DNA of 64,000 bases from the NCBI GenBank assembly GCA_965213625.1, contig CBDBZU010000004.1:1504001-1568000 (forward strand), in the 5' to 3' direction. The position numbers and the translations under genes were made by a program. The notes under the pieces were generated by a model that worked only from the letters and a program-made list of their open reading frames with translations, did not search any database and had not been told where the DNA came from. This document shows, one piece after another, positions 38,764 through 49,288 of this stretch; the stretch's first letter is position 1, and each line of letters opens with the position of its first letter. Source of the DNA: a bacterium. GTDB taxonomy: Bacteria > UBA8248.

Positions 38764-39741
38764 ATGAAATTTTCTGAGATTGCGGATTCAATCGCTTCCG
38801 AGATGAAGGAAGTAGAAGAAGCGATTCATGCGAATTTCCATTCGGACGTCGTCTTGATACCCGATGTAAGCGATTATCTCATTGGTTCCGGCGGTAAGAG
38901 AATCCGCCCGATGCTTCTGGTGCTGGTCGCCAAGGCGTGTGGTTACGAGGGTGCGCGCGCGACCACGATGGGCTGCGTGGTGGAATACATCCACACGGCC
39001 ACCCTCCTGCACGACGACGTGGTAGATGACGCGAAGATGAGGCGGGGCAACCCGTCCGCCAATGCGAAATGGAATAACGAGACGAGCGTCCTGGTGGGTG
39101 ATTTCCTGTTCGCCAAGAGTTTTTCGCTCATGGCCGAAGACGCCGATTTGCGAATCATCAAAACCATGAGCGAAGCCTGCACCCTGCTCTCCGAGGGGGA
39201 AGTGCTCCAACTGGTCAACATGTACAACCTGAAGCTCAAAGAAGAGGAATATCTCGACGTCATCTACCGCAAGACGGCGGCCCTCATCGCCGCGAGTTGC
39301 CGCGTCGGCGCCCTGATCCCCGACAGCCCGCCCACGATGACGAACGCGCTCCATCAGTTCGGCGTTCAGATTGGATACGCTTTTCAACTGGTCGATGACG
39401 CCCTCGATTACATGGGTGATGTGCAAAGAATTGGAAAATCCGTGGGCGAGGACCTGCGCGAGGGGAACGTGACGCTGCCTTTGCTCCGGGTTTGCGCCCG
39501 GGCCACGGAAGCGGAGTTCGAGAAGTTGAATCATCTGGTGGTTCACGCGGATGAGATTCGGGCGGAAGATCTGGATGACGTTCTCGAACTGATGAACAAA
39601 TACGGCGCGGTGAACTACACCCTTGACAGGGCGCGGGGATACGTGGAGGCGGGAAAAGCGGCTCTCTCCATTTTGCCGGATTCCGACCATGTCGACGTGT
39701 TGCGCGACGTCGCCGACTACATTGTCGATCGAGACAATTAG
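38764..39741 (+). CDS. ispB: long-chain polyprenyl diphosphate synthase
   Basis: GGKRIRP, LLHDDVVD, KTA, FQLVDD. Confidence 0.85.
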   Translation: MKFSEIADSIASEMKEVEEAIHANFHSDVVLIPDVSDYLIGSGGKRIRPMLLVLVAKACGYEGARATTMGCVVEYIHTATLLHDDVVDDAKMRRGNPSANAKWNNETSVLVGDFLFAKSFSLMAEDADLRIIKTMSEACTLLSEGEVLQLVNMYNLKLKEEEYLDVIYRKTAALIAASCRVGALIPDSPPTMTNALHQFGVQIGYAFQLVDDALDYMGDVQRIGKSVGEDLREGNVTLPLLRVCARATEAEFEKLNHLVVHADEIRAEDLDDVLELMNKYGAVNYTLDRARGYVEAGKAALSILPDSDHVDVLRDVADYIVDRDN

Positions 39742-39760
39742 CCTTCCGCAGGTCTGATTC

Positions 39761-40366
39761 TTGCGACAGCTTCAGCATTTCATTCTGGCATCGGGTTCTC
39801 CGCGCAGAAAACGTCTCCTGGAAGATGCGGGCCTTGTCTTTGACGTCGTAGGGGCGCCCCCGGACGTGGAGGAGGATGTCGCACCGGGGCTCGGGGCCCA
39901 AGCCGAGGCCAGGAGTCGCGCCCTGGCGAAGGCGAGTTGCGTGGCGAAGACGCATCCGGGCGCGTTCGTGCTCGGAGCCGATACGGTGGTCGTCCTGGAC
40001 GGGGAAATCCTCGGAAAACCATCGAACGCCGACGACGCCTCGCGCATGCTGGGGTTGCTTTCGGGAAGAACGCATGAGGTGATAACCGCGTTCACGCTCC
40101 TGGGGGCGGATTCCCGCCAGGAGGATGCGGTCGCGACGAAGGTTTCTTTCCGGCAAATTGACGAGGAAACCATCGAGCGCTACGTGGATAGCGGCGAGCC
40201 CATGGACAAGGCGGGCGCATACGCCATTCAGGGGTTGGGCGGAGGCCTTGTGGACAAGGTGGAGGGAAGTTACACCAACGTCGTGGGCCTGCCCGTTGCG
40301 GAGGTGTTGAAGGTGTTCATGAGGTGTGGCGTCGTGACGGATGCGCCTCTTCACTCGGCGATATGA
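39761..40366 (+). CDS. maf: Maf family nucleotide pyrophosphatase
   Basis: LASGSPRR, GADTVV, DKAGAYAIQ, NVVGLP. Confidence 0.93.
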   Translation: MRQLQHFILASGSPRRKRLLEDAGLVFDVVGAPPDVEEDVAPGLGAQAEARSRALAKASCVAKTHPGAFVLGADTVVVLDGEILGKPSNADDASRMLGLLSGRTHEVITAFTLLGADSRQEDAVATKVSFRQIDEETIERYVDSGEPMDKAGAYAIQGLGGGLVDKVEGSYTNVVGLPVAEVLKVFMRCGVVTDAPLHSAI

Positions 40367-40381
40367 GAAACGGGGATAATT

Positions 40382-41545
40382 ATGCGTTTGGCTGAAAGGA
40401 TGAATCTGCTCAAAACGGAAAGCGCTTTCGTGGTTCTCGCCAAGGCGAGTGAAATGGAACGCCAGGGACGGGACATCATCCATCTGGAGATTGGCGATAC
40501 CGATTTCGACACGCCTTCGAGCATCGTCGATGAAGCGTATGCGCAGTTGAAGGCGGGCCAGACGCACTATTGCCCATCCGCCGGTGTGCTGGAGCTCCGC
40601 GAAGCGGCCTGCGAGTGGCTCAGGCGCGATGGGCGCGGGGAGTATTCGCCGAACGAGATCGTCGTCGGTCCGGGGGGAAAGCCGTTTCTGTACTACACCA
40701 TCATGGCCACGGCGGGACCGGGCGATGAGGTGATTTGTCCGGATCCGGGTTTTCCGGTCTATGAGTCCGTGGCGCTCTATGCGGGCGCGAAGCCCGTGCC
40801 GCTGCCGATACTGGAAGAAAATAATTTTCGCTTCACGCCGGACGACCTGCGCGCGCGCGTCACCGACAAGACCCGCCTCCTCATCCTGAACTATCCGCAC
40901 AACCCCACCGGCGGGACGCTGACGAGAAACGAACTCGAAGCCATTGCCGAGATCGCCGTGGAGAACGACATCATCGTTTTGTCTGATGAAGTGTACGCCC
41001 ACATGCTTTTCGAGGGAGAACATATCTCCCTGGGCACGCTGCCCGGTATGAGAGAACGAACCATCATGCTCGAGACGTTCTCGAAAACTTACGCCATGAC
41101 CGGCTGGCGCCTCGGTTTTATCGCTGCGCCTGAGACGCTTGCCGATCCGCTTGCCCAGCTCATCACCAACTCGGTGAGCTGCGTGCCTCCCTTCATTCAA
41201 CTGGCGGGCGCGAAGGGACTTCTGGAGGATCAGTCCGAGAGCCGCGCCATGATGGACGATTTCAAGCGCAGGCGCGATATCTTTATCGGGGGTCTCAACG
41301 AGGTGGAAGGCATATCCTGCCAATACCCCGACGGCGCTTTCTATGCGTTCCCCAACGTGAGCCGGATTCCCATGAGCGCGGATGATTTCGCCGATTATCT
41401 TCTCGACGATGCGGGGGTGGCGACTCTGCCCGGCTCGGCCTTCGGCGTTCATGCGGACAATCACCTGAGAATGTGCTTCGCCAACAGCGTGGAGAATCTG
41501 GAGCGGGCCGTGGACCGGATCGCGGATGCCGTGAAGCGGTTGTGA
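40382..41545 (+). CDS. class I/II PLP-dependent aminotransferase
   Basis: NYPHNPTG, DEVY, FSKTYAMTGWRLG. Confidence 0.92.
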   Translation: MRLAERMNLLKTESAFVVLAKASEMERQGRDIIHLEIGDTDFDTPSSIVDEAYAQLKAGQTHYCPSAGVLELREAACEWLRRDGRGEYSPNEIVVGPGGKPFLYYTIMATAGPGDEVICPDPGFPVYESVALYAGAKPVPLPILEENNFRFTPDDLRARVTDKTRLLILNYPHNPTGGTLTRNELEAIAEIAVENDIIVLSDEVYAHMLFEGEHISLGTLPGMRERTIMLETFSKTYAMTGWRLGFIAAPETLADPLAQLITNSVSCVPPFIQLAGAKGLLEDQSESRAMMDDFKRRRDIFIGGLNEVEGISCQYPDGAFYAFPNVSRIPMSADDFADYLLDDAGVATLPGSAFGVHADNHLRMCFANSVENLERAVDRIADAVKRL

Positions 41546-41547
41546 AA

Positions 41548-42558
41548 ATGAACGACAAGGTGTCCTCTGCGGAACTTCCGCGCGTGTTTCTCTCCCGGAA
41601 ATTTCCTGTCCGTCATTTCGAAGAGCTGAAACGAATCTCCGAGTTCGTCATGCACGCAAGAGACGTGAAGCCGAGCCCCGCCGGCTACAGGCGCGCCGTG
41701 CGGCATACGGACGTTCTCATCGCGATGGTGGGAGACGAGATAGACGCCGGTTTCCTGGATGCCGCGCCGCGCCTCAAATTGGTCGCCAACTGCGGTGTCG
41801 GTTTCAACAATCTCGATTTGGGCGAGATCACGAGGCGGGGCATCCTGGCCACCAACACGCCCGGCGTTGTCACCGAGCCCACGGCGGAATGCGCAATGTC
41901 GCTCCTGCTCGCGGTGAGCAGGCGGGTGGCGGAAGCGGATACGTATATCAGAACGGGGCGATGGAAGGGCTGGACGCCCACCTTGCTGGAGGGCCGGGGC
42001 CTGAACGGCCGGGTTCTCGGCATCGTCGGTCTGGGGCGCATTGGCTGCGCAGTGGCGCGCATGGCGAATGCGTTCGGCATGAAGGTCCGCTACTGGAGCC
42101 GGAACAGGAAAAGTCCCAGGATGGAAAAGGAGACGGGCGTTTCGTACCGCGCTTTCGGCAGGCTGCTTCGCGAATCCGATTTTCTGAGCATACACCTGGC
42201 ATTGAACGATGAGACGCGCCATCTCATCGGAGCGGAGGAGTTCGCCCGCATGAAAGAGGGAGCTGTGATCATCAACACCGCCCGGGGCCCCATTCTGGAC
42301 GAAAAAGCCCTGGTCGATGCGCTCCGCTCGGGCCGCCTCGGCGGAGCGGGGCTGGATGTGTTCGAGAATGAGCCCGACCCGCACCCGAGACTCCTGCGGA
42401 TGAAGAACGTCGTCATGATGCCGCATCTGGGGACGAATACCGATCTGGGCCGGGACGCGGTTTCAGATCGCGTGGAGAGAAACGTAAAAGCCTATCTGCT
42501 CGGCAAGCGTCCTCCTGATTTGCTGAACCCCGAAGTCTGGCCTCACAGGAGGCGCTGA
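41548..42558 (+). CDS. D-glycerate dehydrogenase/glyoxylate reductase
   Basis: GVGFNN, TNTPGV, GLGRIG, INTARG, LDVFENEP, PHLG. Confidence 0.88.
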   Translation: MNDKVSSAELPRVFLSRKFPVRHFEELKRISEFVMHARDVKPSPAGYRRAVRHTDVLIAMVGDEIDAGFLDAAPRLKLVANCGVGFNNLDLGEITRRGILATNTPGVVTEPTAECAMSLLLAVSRRVAEADTYIRTGRWKGWTPTLLEGRGLNGRVLGIVGLGRIGCAVARMANAFGMKVRYWSRNRKSPRMEKETGVSYRAFGRLLRESDFLSIHLALNDETRHLIGAEEFARMKEGAVIINTARGPILDEKALVDALRSGRLGGAGLDVFENEPDPHPRLLRMKNVVMMPHLGTNTDLGRDAVSDRVERNVKAYLLGKRPPDLLNPEVWPHRRR

Positions 42559-44573
42559 TGCCCGAGCGTGAAAAAAAGACGCTTAGAATCGGCGTCGACA
42601 CAGGCGGTACTTTTACGGATTTCATCTCGTTCGACGGCTCCCGGGTGCGAGTACACAAGGTGCCCTCTACGCCCGATGCGCCCGAGTGCGCCATCTTGCA
42701 GGGGCTGGATGAAATCCTGGATGGCCGCGGCGTTGCCCTGGATATCACCCATGGCTCCACCGTGGCGACGAACGCCCTCCTTACCCGCCGTGGCGCAAAA
42801 ACCGCCCTCGTGACGACGGCCGGCTTCGAGGACCTCATCGAGATCGGCCGCCAGAACCGGAAAGAACTCTACAATCTGGCGTACCGCAGACCTCCCGCCC
42901 TGGTGCCCAGGGATCTCAGAATGGGCGTGGCGGAGCGCCTGGATGAAAAGGGCGGCGAACTCCTGCGGGTCAAGGCGTCGGACTTGCGGTCGCTGAACCA
43001 AAAACTCCGGAAAGCGGGCGTCGAGTCCGTCGCCATCTGCCTGCTTCACTCTTATGCGAATCCTGCGCATGAAGAGAAAGTGGCCGACGCGATTCGCCGG
43101 AGCGGCATCCACGTATCGATGTCCAGCCAGGTGCTTCCTGAATTCAGGGAATACGAGCGCATGAGCACCACGTGCGTGAACGCCTATGTGTCTCCCATGA
43201 TGAACAGGTACCTGAAGGATCTGGAATCGCGCCTGGGTTCCGGCCGCTTGCGGGTCATGCAGAGTAACGGCGGCGTCATATCGAGCACGATGGCGGGCGA
43301 GGAAGCCATACGGACCATCCTGTCCGGCCCCGCAGGCGGCGTTGTGGGCGCTCATGAGGTGGCGAAACGAGCGGGGTTCGAGCATGCGATCGCGTTTGAT
43401 ATGGGCGGCACGAGTACGGACGTCTCCTTGCTGCACGGCGGCATCGGGTTCACGGCGGAAACGGAAGTGGCCGGCTGTCCGATCCGGGTTCCCCTCATCG
43501 ACATTCACACGGTTGGCGCAGGCGGCGGCTCCATCGCCCGGGTCGATCCGGGAGGCGCTCTGGCCGTCGGCCCGCAGAGCGCGGGGGCCGATCCGGGTCC
43601 GATATGCTACGGCAAGGGCGATCAGGTTACCGTCACGGACGCGAACCTTTTCCTCGGTCGTCTCGATCCCGATCAGTTCCTGGGCGGCAGGATGGCGCTC
43701 GACATGGAGCCGGTGAAAGTCGGGGTCGCGCGCTTGGCGAAGTCCCTGCGGCTGGATGCTCGACAAGCGGCCGAGGGCGTCATTCGCGTCGCCAACCAGC
43801 ACATGGCGCGCGCGATACGCCTGATCAGCGTGGAGCGGGGCCACGACCCGCGCACATTCGCCCTCATCTCCTTCGGCGGCGCCGGGGCGATGCACGCCTG
43901 TTCCCTGGCGGAGATTTTAAGGATTCCGCACGTCGTCGTGCCGAATGATCCGGGGATTCTCTCCGCACGCGGCATGCTGACGGCCGACGTGGTGAAAGAC
44001 TACGCCCGGACGGTGTTGCTGCCGCTCGAGGGGTTGAGCAAGAAATCTCTCGCAAGCCATTTTTCGCCATTGCTGCAAAAAGGCCGGGCGGATCTGAAGT
44101 TCGAGGGTTTCGCGAAACCGGCTTTTTCATTTTTCATCGATATGCGCTATCTCGGGCAATCGTATGAACTGACGCTTCCCTACCTGCCCGAAACGGGCGT
44201 GGACCTCCGCAAGAGCCTCCGTGCCGCGTTCGATGAATTGCACGATGAGCGTTTCGGCACTTCGAGCCCGGAGAGTCCCATCGAGATCGTGACGCTCAGG
44301 GTGCGGGGCGTCGGCGTGGTGGAGCGTCCGCCCGCGAGGCGGCTTCCAAAAGCTCGAAAGGACGTATCCCAGGCACGCATGGGGAGCCGGGAAATGGTTT
44401 TTGAAGGAAAGCGAATTGAGGGTTCCGTGTATGCGCGGGATAAATTTTCTCGCGGGAATCGCCTCGAAGGCCCGGCGCTGGTGTGTGAGTTCAGCGCCAC
44501 GACGGTCGTCCCGCCGGGCTGGGAATGCCGGGTGGATGACTGGGGCAATCTCGTTTTGAAGAACGCAGGCTGA
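42558..44573 (+). CDS. hydantoinase A/oxoprolinase family subunit
   Basis: GVDTGGTFTD, HGSTVATN, SGPAGG, DMGGTSTD. Confidence 0.93.
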   Translation: MPEREKKTLRIGVDTGGTFTDFISFDGSRVRVHKVPSTPDAPECAILQGLDEILDGRGVALDITHGSTVATNALLTRRGAKTALVTTAGFEDLIEIGRQNRKELYNLAYRRPPALVPRDLRMGVAERLDEKGGELLRVKASDLRSLNQKLRKAGVESVAICLLHSYANPAHEEKVADAIRRSGIHVSMSSQVLPEFREYERMSTTCVNAYVSPMMNRYLKDLESRLGSGRLRVMQSNGGVISSTMAGEEAIRTILSGPAGGVVGAHEVAKRAGFEHAIAFDMGGTSTDVSLLHGGIGFTAETEVAGCPIRVPLIDIHTVGAGGGSIARVDPGGALAVGPQSAGADPGPICYGKGDQVTVTDANLFLGRLDPDQFLGGRMALDMEPVKVGVARLAKSLRLDARQAAEGVIRVANQHMARAIRLISVERGHDPRTFALISFGGAGAMHACSLAEILRIPHVVVPNDPGILSARGMLTADVVKDYARTVLLPLEGLSKKSLASHFSPLLQKGRADLKFEGFAKPAFSFFIDMRYLGQSYELTLPYLPETGVDLRKSLRAAFDELHDERFGTSSPESPIEIVTLRVRGVGVVERPPARRLPKARKDVSQARMGSREMVFEGKRIEGSVYARDKFSRGNRLEGPALVCEFSATTVVPPGWECRVDDWGNLVLKNAG

Positions 44574-44582
44574 GAGGGCGCG

Positions 44583-46175
44583 ATGGCGAGTACATACGAT
44601 CCGATACTCCTGGAAGTTTTCCGCAACCTCTTGTTTGCGGCCTCGGAAGAGATGGGCGTGGCGCTGTGCCGCTCCTCGTTTTCTCCCAACATCAAGGAGC
44701 GGAAGGATTATTCGTGCGCCATCTTCGATACGAAGGGCCGGATGGCGGCGCAGGCGGCGCATCTGCCCGCTCACCTGGGCTCCATGCCGATGTCGGTGGA
44801 ATACGTCATCGAGCGGATGGTGCTCGACCCGGGCGACGTAGTCGTGCTGAACGACCCTTTCCACGGAGGAAACCACCTGCCGGACATCACGATGATCTCG
44901 CCCGTATACGGGGAGGTGAGGGGCGAGGAAAAACTCATCTATTACGTGGCCAACCGGGCGCACCATGCCGACGTGGGCGGCATCGCGCCCGGCTCGATGA
45001 GCATCACGACGGAGATATTCCAGGACGGCGTGGTTATTCCGCCGGTGAGGCTCGTGCGGGGGGGAGAGATACAGGAAGACGTTTTCTCCCTCATCCTCGC
45101 GAACGTGCGCACCGCCGAGGAGCGCAGGGGAGACATCGCCGCGCAAATCGCGGCGAATCGCGTGGGGGAAAGGAGAATCCTGGAAATCATCGAGCGCCAC
45201 GGCCTGGCCGAGACGCTGCGCTACACGGTGGAACTGCAAAAGTATTCAGAGCGCCTGACCAAGGCGGTGATACACGGCATACCCGATGGACGGTATGGCT
45301 TCGAGGACTTCATGGATGACGACGGTTTCGGCAGCGGCCCCGTGCCGATACGCGTGGAGATCGCGGTGCGCGGCTCGAAGATGCGCGTGGATTACACTGG
45401 CTCCGCTCCGCAGACGCAAGGTAGCGTCAACGCCGTGGAATCCATCGCCCGCACGGCGGCCTATTACGCCCTGCGTTGTCTGGTGCCATACGACATCCCG
45501 AACAACTCAGGGTGTATGACTCCCATCGAGGTCATCGCGCCCTCGGGCACAGTGGTGAACGCGGAGTTTCCCGCCGCCGTCGCGGGCGGGAACGTGGAAA
45601 CGAGTCAGAGGATGGTGGACGTGATACTCGGCGCGCTCGCTAAGGCCTGTCCCGGCAAGATACCCGCCGCCTCGTGCGGCACGATGAACAACCTCACGGT
45701 GGGGGGCATAGATCACCGCGCAGGCCCCCGGCAGGGCCGTCCGTACGCCTACTACGAGACCACGGGCGGCGGCATGGGCGGAGGCCCCTGGGGCGACGGG
45801 GAGGACGCCATCCACACCCATCTCACCAACACCCTGAACACCCCGATAGAAGCGCTCGAACACGCCTATCCGTTCCGGGTGAGCCGCTACACCGTCCGCC
45901 GGGGCAGCGGGGGCGGGGGAAAGCATCGCGGCGGCGACGGTATCATCCGGGAGATAGAACTCCTGGGCGACGCCACCGTTTCATTCATGACGGAAAGGCG
46001 CGACAAGCCGCCCTGGCCCCTGAACGGCGGGGAGCCGGGCACGAAGGGCAGGAATTCGCTCACAAGCGGGGATGAGGAGAGGCAATACTCCGGCAAGGCC
46101 CGTCTCTCGGCGAAACGCGGGGACAGGATACGTCTGGAAACACCCGGCGGCGGCGGTTGGGGGAAGAAGGATTGA
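44583..46175 (+). CDS. hydantoinase B/oxoprolinase family subunit
   Basis: SPNIKERKDYS, NDPFHGGNHLPD, HHADVGG, TPGGGGWG. Confidence 0.93.
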   Translation: MASTYDPILLEVFRNLLFAASEEMGVALCRSSFSPNIKERKDYSCAIFDTKGRMAAQAAHLPAHLGSMPMSVEYVIERMVLDPGDVVVLNDPFHGGNHLPDITMISPVYGEVRGEEKLIYYVANRAHHADVGGIAPGSMSITTEIFQDGVVIPPVRLVRGGEIQEDVFSLILANVRTAEERRGDIAAQIAANRVGERRILEIIERHGLAETLRYTVELQKYSERLTKAVIHGIPDGRYGFEDFMDDDGFGSGPVPIRVEIAVRGSKMRVDYTGSAPQTQGSVNAVESIARTAAYYALRCLVPYDIPNNSGCMTPIEVIAPSGTVVNAEFPAAVAGGNVETSQRMVDVILGALAKACPGKIPAASCGTMNNLTVGGIDHRAGPRQGRPYAYYETTGGGMGGGPWGDGEDAIHTHLTNTLNTPIEALEHAYPFRVSRYTVRRGSGGGGKHRGGDGIIREIELLGDATVSFMTERRDKPPWPLNGGEPGTKGRNSLTSGDEERQYSGKARLSAKRGDRIRLETPGGGGWGKKD

Positions 46176-46214
46176 GCGTGTTCATAGAGAGAGGCGACTT
46201 CACTCCCCCCTTGA

Positions 46215-46854
46215 GGGTTGTTGAAAAAGTCCTGATAAACGAGTGTTTTACGCGACTAGGGAGGAGGCGGATTTATCGAGGCCGCGTGGTTTTGTAGGGG
46301 CCGCATATTATGCGGCACTGCCTTTTCGCCTTCACTATGCGGGTCGCATAATAAGTGGCGCTCCCAAGTAGGGAGCGCCACCTACGCGAGTATTGACATC
46401 CCGACCAAGGGGGGTGTGGGTCGGCCGACCCTCAAGGGCCTGTTGAAAAAGCCCTCGCCGGGGGTGTTGCTTTTACCCCCCTGACAAGGGGGGACAGGGG
46501 GGTTGCTTTTTCAATCGAGAGGGGTGCCCCTCCTACCCCCTAAAAGGCCATTCGCGGCTCCTGCGCCGGACCGCGCCCTCTTTCATATGTCGTGTCCGCC
46601 TATGGGAAAACGTGGTTTTCGAAAACACGCGCCGCGCAACCCCAAACCCTCATCCTGAATAGGCGCGTAAGCGCCGTATCGAAGGATGGGAGGTGCTTCT
46701 CCTCCGCAGGCGAGAACTTCGCCCTTCGATACGCCGCCTTCGGCTGCTACTCAGAGTGAGGTCAATATAGCGGTAAAGCAAGACGAGGACTTGACGCGAC
46801 CGATGAGGGAGCGTCAAATGTGTCCGCTTCCAGGGCCAGCTTTTTCAACAACCC
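46215..46854. mobile_element. MITE-like element with nested palindromic repeats
   Basis: perfect 15-bp TIR GGGTTGTTGAAAAAG (46215-46229) / CTTTTTCAACAACCC (46840-46854); internal second end GGCCTGTTGAAAAAG at 46437; REP at 46294; palindrome at 46355-46381. Confidence 0.7.
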
Positions 46855-47044
46855 CCATATGCATGAATGGTAAAACCCTGTTCCGGTCATGCCTCGGACT
46901 GGCGGAATTTCCCGGAGCGAGTTTGCCCTTCGGCCTTTTCTTTGTAAGATGGATGTATGTAGGATGATATTTCATATTACACGTGGCTGTGCCCCTGTTA
47001 CCGGGCCGGCCTTTCTTTATTGATGCGCATGGGAGGAATGTCCG

Positions 47045-47962
47045 ATGCCGGGTGAGCGATTCGTCTATCTCAATGGTGAGATTTTAGAGGAGAAGAACGC
47101 CAGGATATCGCCCTTCGATCGCGGCTTCCTCTGGGGCGATGGGGTATATGAAGTCACCCCCTGTTTCGCGGGCAAGCTCTATCGGCTCGATGACCATATC
47201 GACCGCCTCTATCGCTCGCTCAAGTATGTCCGAATCGACGTGGGTCTGAGTGAAGCGGAGATGAGGCAGGCGACGCTGGCTACCCTGGAGTCGAATCTGT
47301 GCCGACTCGAAGAGGGCGCTATGTACCGCGTCGGTCATTGGGTCACCCGTGGTGCCGACGATCCCTCCATGGCGGCGCACGCGGCGGGTCCCGCTTCGGT
47401 ATTCATCTTCTGGCGGCCCGTGAACGTCGCGTCTTTCGCGGAGCGGTATCTGAACGGCGTACGCCTGTCGATTACGCCCACGAGGCGCAATCCGCCCGAA
47501 TGCATCGAGACGAGAGCCAAGGTGACGAGCAAGATGAACCAGATTTTGGCGGAACTCGATGCCGCCGCATCGGGTTCTTTGTCCTTGATGCTCGACGTTC
47601 ACGGGAACGTGGCGGAAAACTCGTCCGCCAACTTTTTCATGGTGAAGGACGGCGCGCTCTGGACGCCGCCCGAGAGGAACATATTGCAGGGGGTAACCCG
47701 CCTGGCGGTGTTCGAACTGGCCGCGCGCCTGGGAATTGCCGTCGAGGAAAGAGACATCACGACGTACGATTTGGCGCAGGCGGAGGAGTATTTCATCACC
47801 TCGAGCGCGATATGCGCCATGCCGGTGCATGAAATCGACAGCTTCAAGCCGAGCGTGCCGGTTCCGGGGCCTGTCACGAAACGCCTGATCGAAGCGTTCG
47901 TGGAGGACACGGGGTACGATTTTAGAGAGCAGGTGAAGGAAAAGATTGCTGGAGGCGCTTAA
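47045..47962 (+). CDS. class IV aminotransferase (branched-chain/D-amino acid type)
   Basis: DRGFLWGDGVYE, HIDRL, ENSSANFF, ILQGVTR. Confidence 0.9.
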   Translation: MPGERFVYLNGEILEEKNARISPFDRGFLWGDGVYEVTPCFAGKLYRLDDHIDRLYRSLKYVRIDVGLSEAEMRQATLATLESNLCRLEEGAMYRVGHWVTRGADDPSMAAHAAGPASVFIFWRPVNVASFAERYLNGVRLSITPTRRNPPECIETRAKVTSKMNQILAELDAAASGSLSLMLDVHGNVAENSSANFFMVKDGALWTPPERNILQGVTRLAVFELAARLGIAVEERDITTYDLAQAEEYFITSSAICAMPVHEIDSFKPSVPVPGPVTKRLIEAFVEDTGYDFREQVKEKIAGGA

Positions 47963-48004
47963 GGCGCGTTTTTCGATTATTTCAAACCGCTGAATGAGGA
48001 AGAG

Positions 48005-48484
48005 ATGCCGTATTACATTACGAAAGCGAGCCTCGAGGGGTTGAGGCAAAAGGTTGGAGAAATTCAACATCGTCTGAAGCACTACGTGGCGAAAGAAATC
48101 GGCAAGGCGGCGAGCCTGGGCGATTTGAGCGAGAACGCCGAGTGGGAGGCGGCTATCGAGCTGCAGGGCAACCTCAAGAACGAAATCAGCCGCATTATGG
48201 ACAAGATCCGCGAGGCGAGCGTGATCGAGGAACTCCCCATCGCCGGCGACAGGGTCACCATCGGCACGAAAGTCACGCTTTTCGACCTGGATAAGGATGA
48301 AGAGATTACCTACAAGATATTGGGCGAGGAGGAAAGCGACCTCCCCAACGGGATCATCTCCTTCAGCGCGCCGCTCTCGCGCGGGCTCATGCAAAAAGAA
48401 CCGGGCGATGAGGTGGCGGTTCAGTTGCCCGGCGGCGTGAGAAATTTCGAAATCGTCGACGTCGAGAAAATCGAATTTCCCTGA
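48005..48484 (+). CDS. greA: transcription elongation factor GreA
   Basis: GDLSENAE, ISFSAPL. Confidence 0.88.
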   Translation: MPYYITKASLEGLRQKVGEIQHRLKHYVAKEIGKAASLGDLSENAEWEAAIELQGNLKNEISRIMDKIREASVIEELPIAGDRVTIGTKVTLFDLDKDEEITYKILGEEESDLPNGIISFSAPLSRGLMQKEPGDEVAVQLPGGVRNFEIVDVEKIEFP

Positions 48485-48489
48485 TTTTC

Positions 48490-49263
48490 ATGAGAAGACT
48501 CGATATCGGTGACAGGCTGCTTGCGTATCTCGTCTTCGCTGCGGCGGTCGTTCTGGTCACATTCTTCGCGTTTCAACACGAATTGCCGCGTGATTGGCAT
48601 CTGCCGGGTTCCCCGACGCTGTATCTGATAGGCGTGGCGGGGACGATTCTCCTCTGCGTCTCCGTCATCTTCGTGATCACGAAGAGATCGGGCATAGGCG
48701 GCTCCCCCATTGGCTGGTTTTCCGCCCATGTCGTGACGGCCACCCTGGGCGGCGTGCTGGTGACGGTCCACTCGGGCGGGTTTCTTCGCTATGCGCCGGC
48801 GCTTTTGCTCGTCGCACTTTTGCTATTGGTCATTCTGGGCGTGTGGGCGCGCGTTCGTCTTTCCAGAGATATGTCGGCCACGTTCGCCTCGAGGGATGAA
48901 TCCTTCTCTCCGCTCACTTCCGAAAACCGCGAGCAAATGGCCCGCCTCATCGAAGAGAAAGAATCCCTGTTGGCGAGGCTCGAGCCGGGAGCGAATGAGG
49001 GCGTCTTCTCTCCGAGACTCAAACACTGGCTCACAAGACCGGGTCTTACGCTCGCCTATGCCCGGCTGGTCGGGCGTGAAAATAAATTGATGGGCATGCG
49101 CGCGAGCGTATCAACTGCGCAGGCGTACTGGCGGCTGGTTCACATCGTTTTGGCGTTTGCCTTCATTCTCGGTATGCTGGGGCATATCATCACCGTCACA
49201 TTTTTTGCCGGTTATGTTTCGGGCGGGGGAGAGATTTACTGGTGGCATCTGACGAAGTGGTAG
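48490..49263 (+). CDS. membrane protein with four TM-proximal His residues (possible cytochrome b anchor)
   Basis: about 5-6 hydrophobic segments; WFSAHV, VTVHS, WRLVHI, MLGHII. Confidence 0.55.
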   Translation: MRRLDIGDRLLAYLVFAAAVVLVTFFAFQHELPRDWHLPGSPTLYLIGVAGTILLCVSVIFVITKRSGIGGSPIGWFSAHVVTATLGGVLVTVHSGGFLRYAPALLLVALLLLVILGVWARVRLSRDMSATFASRDESFSPLTSENREQMARLIEEKESLLARLEPGANEGVFSPRLKHWLTRPGLTLAYARLVGRENKLMGMRASVSTAQAYWRLVHIVLAFAFILGMLGHIITVTFFAGYVSGGGEIYWWHLTKW

Positions 49264-49288
49264 CCTGTATGTCTTCTAGGAGTGAGTC

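Noticed and set aside
39284-41464. 726-aa minus-strand ORF and other long antisense ORFs (e.g. 42543-43895, 47084-48394, 21625-23010)
   Set aside because: These are shadows of well-supported opposite-strand genes in GC-rich DNA and have no motifs.
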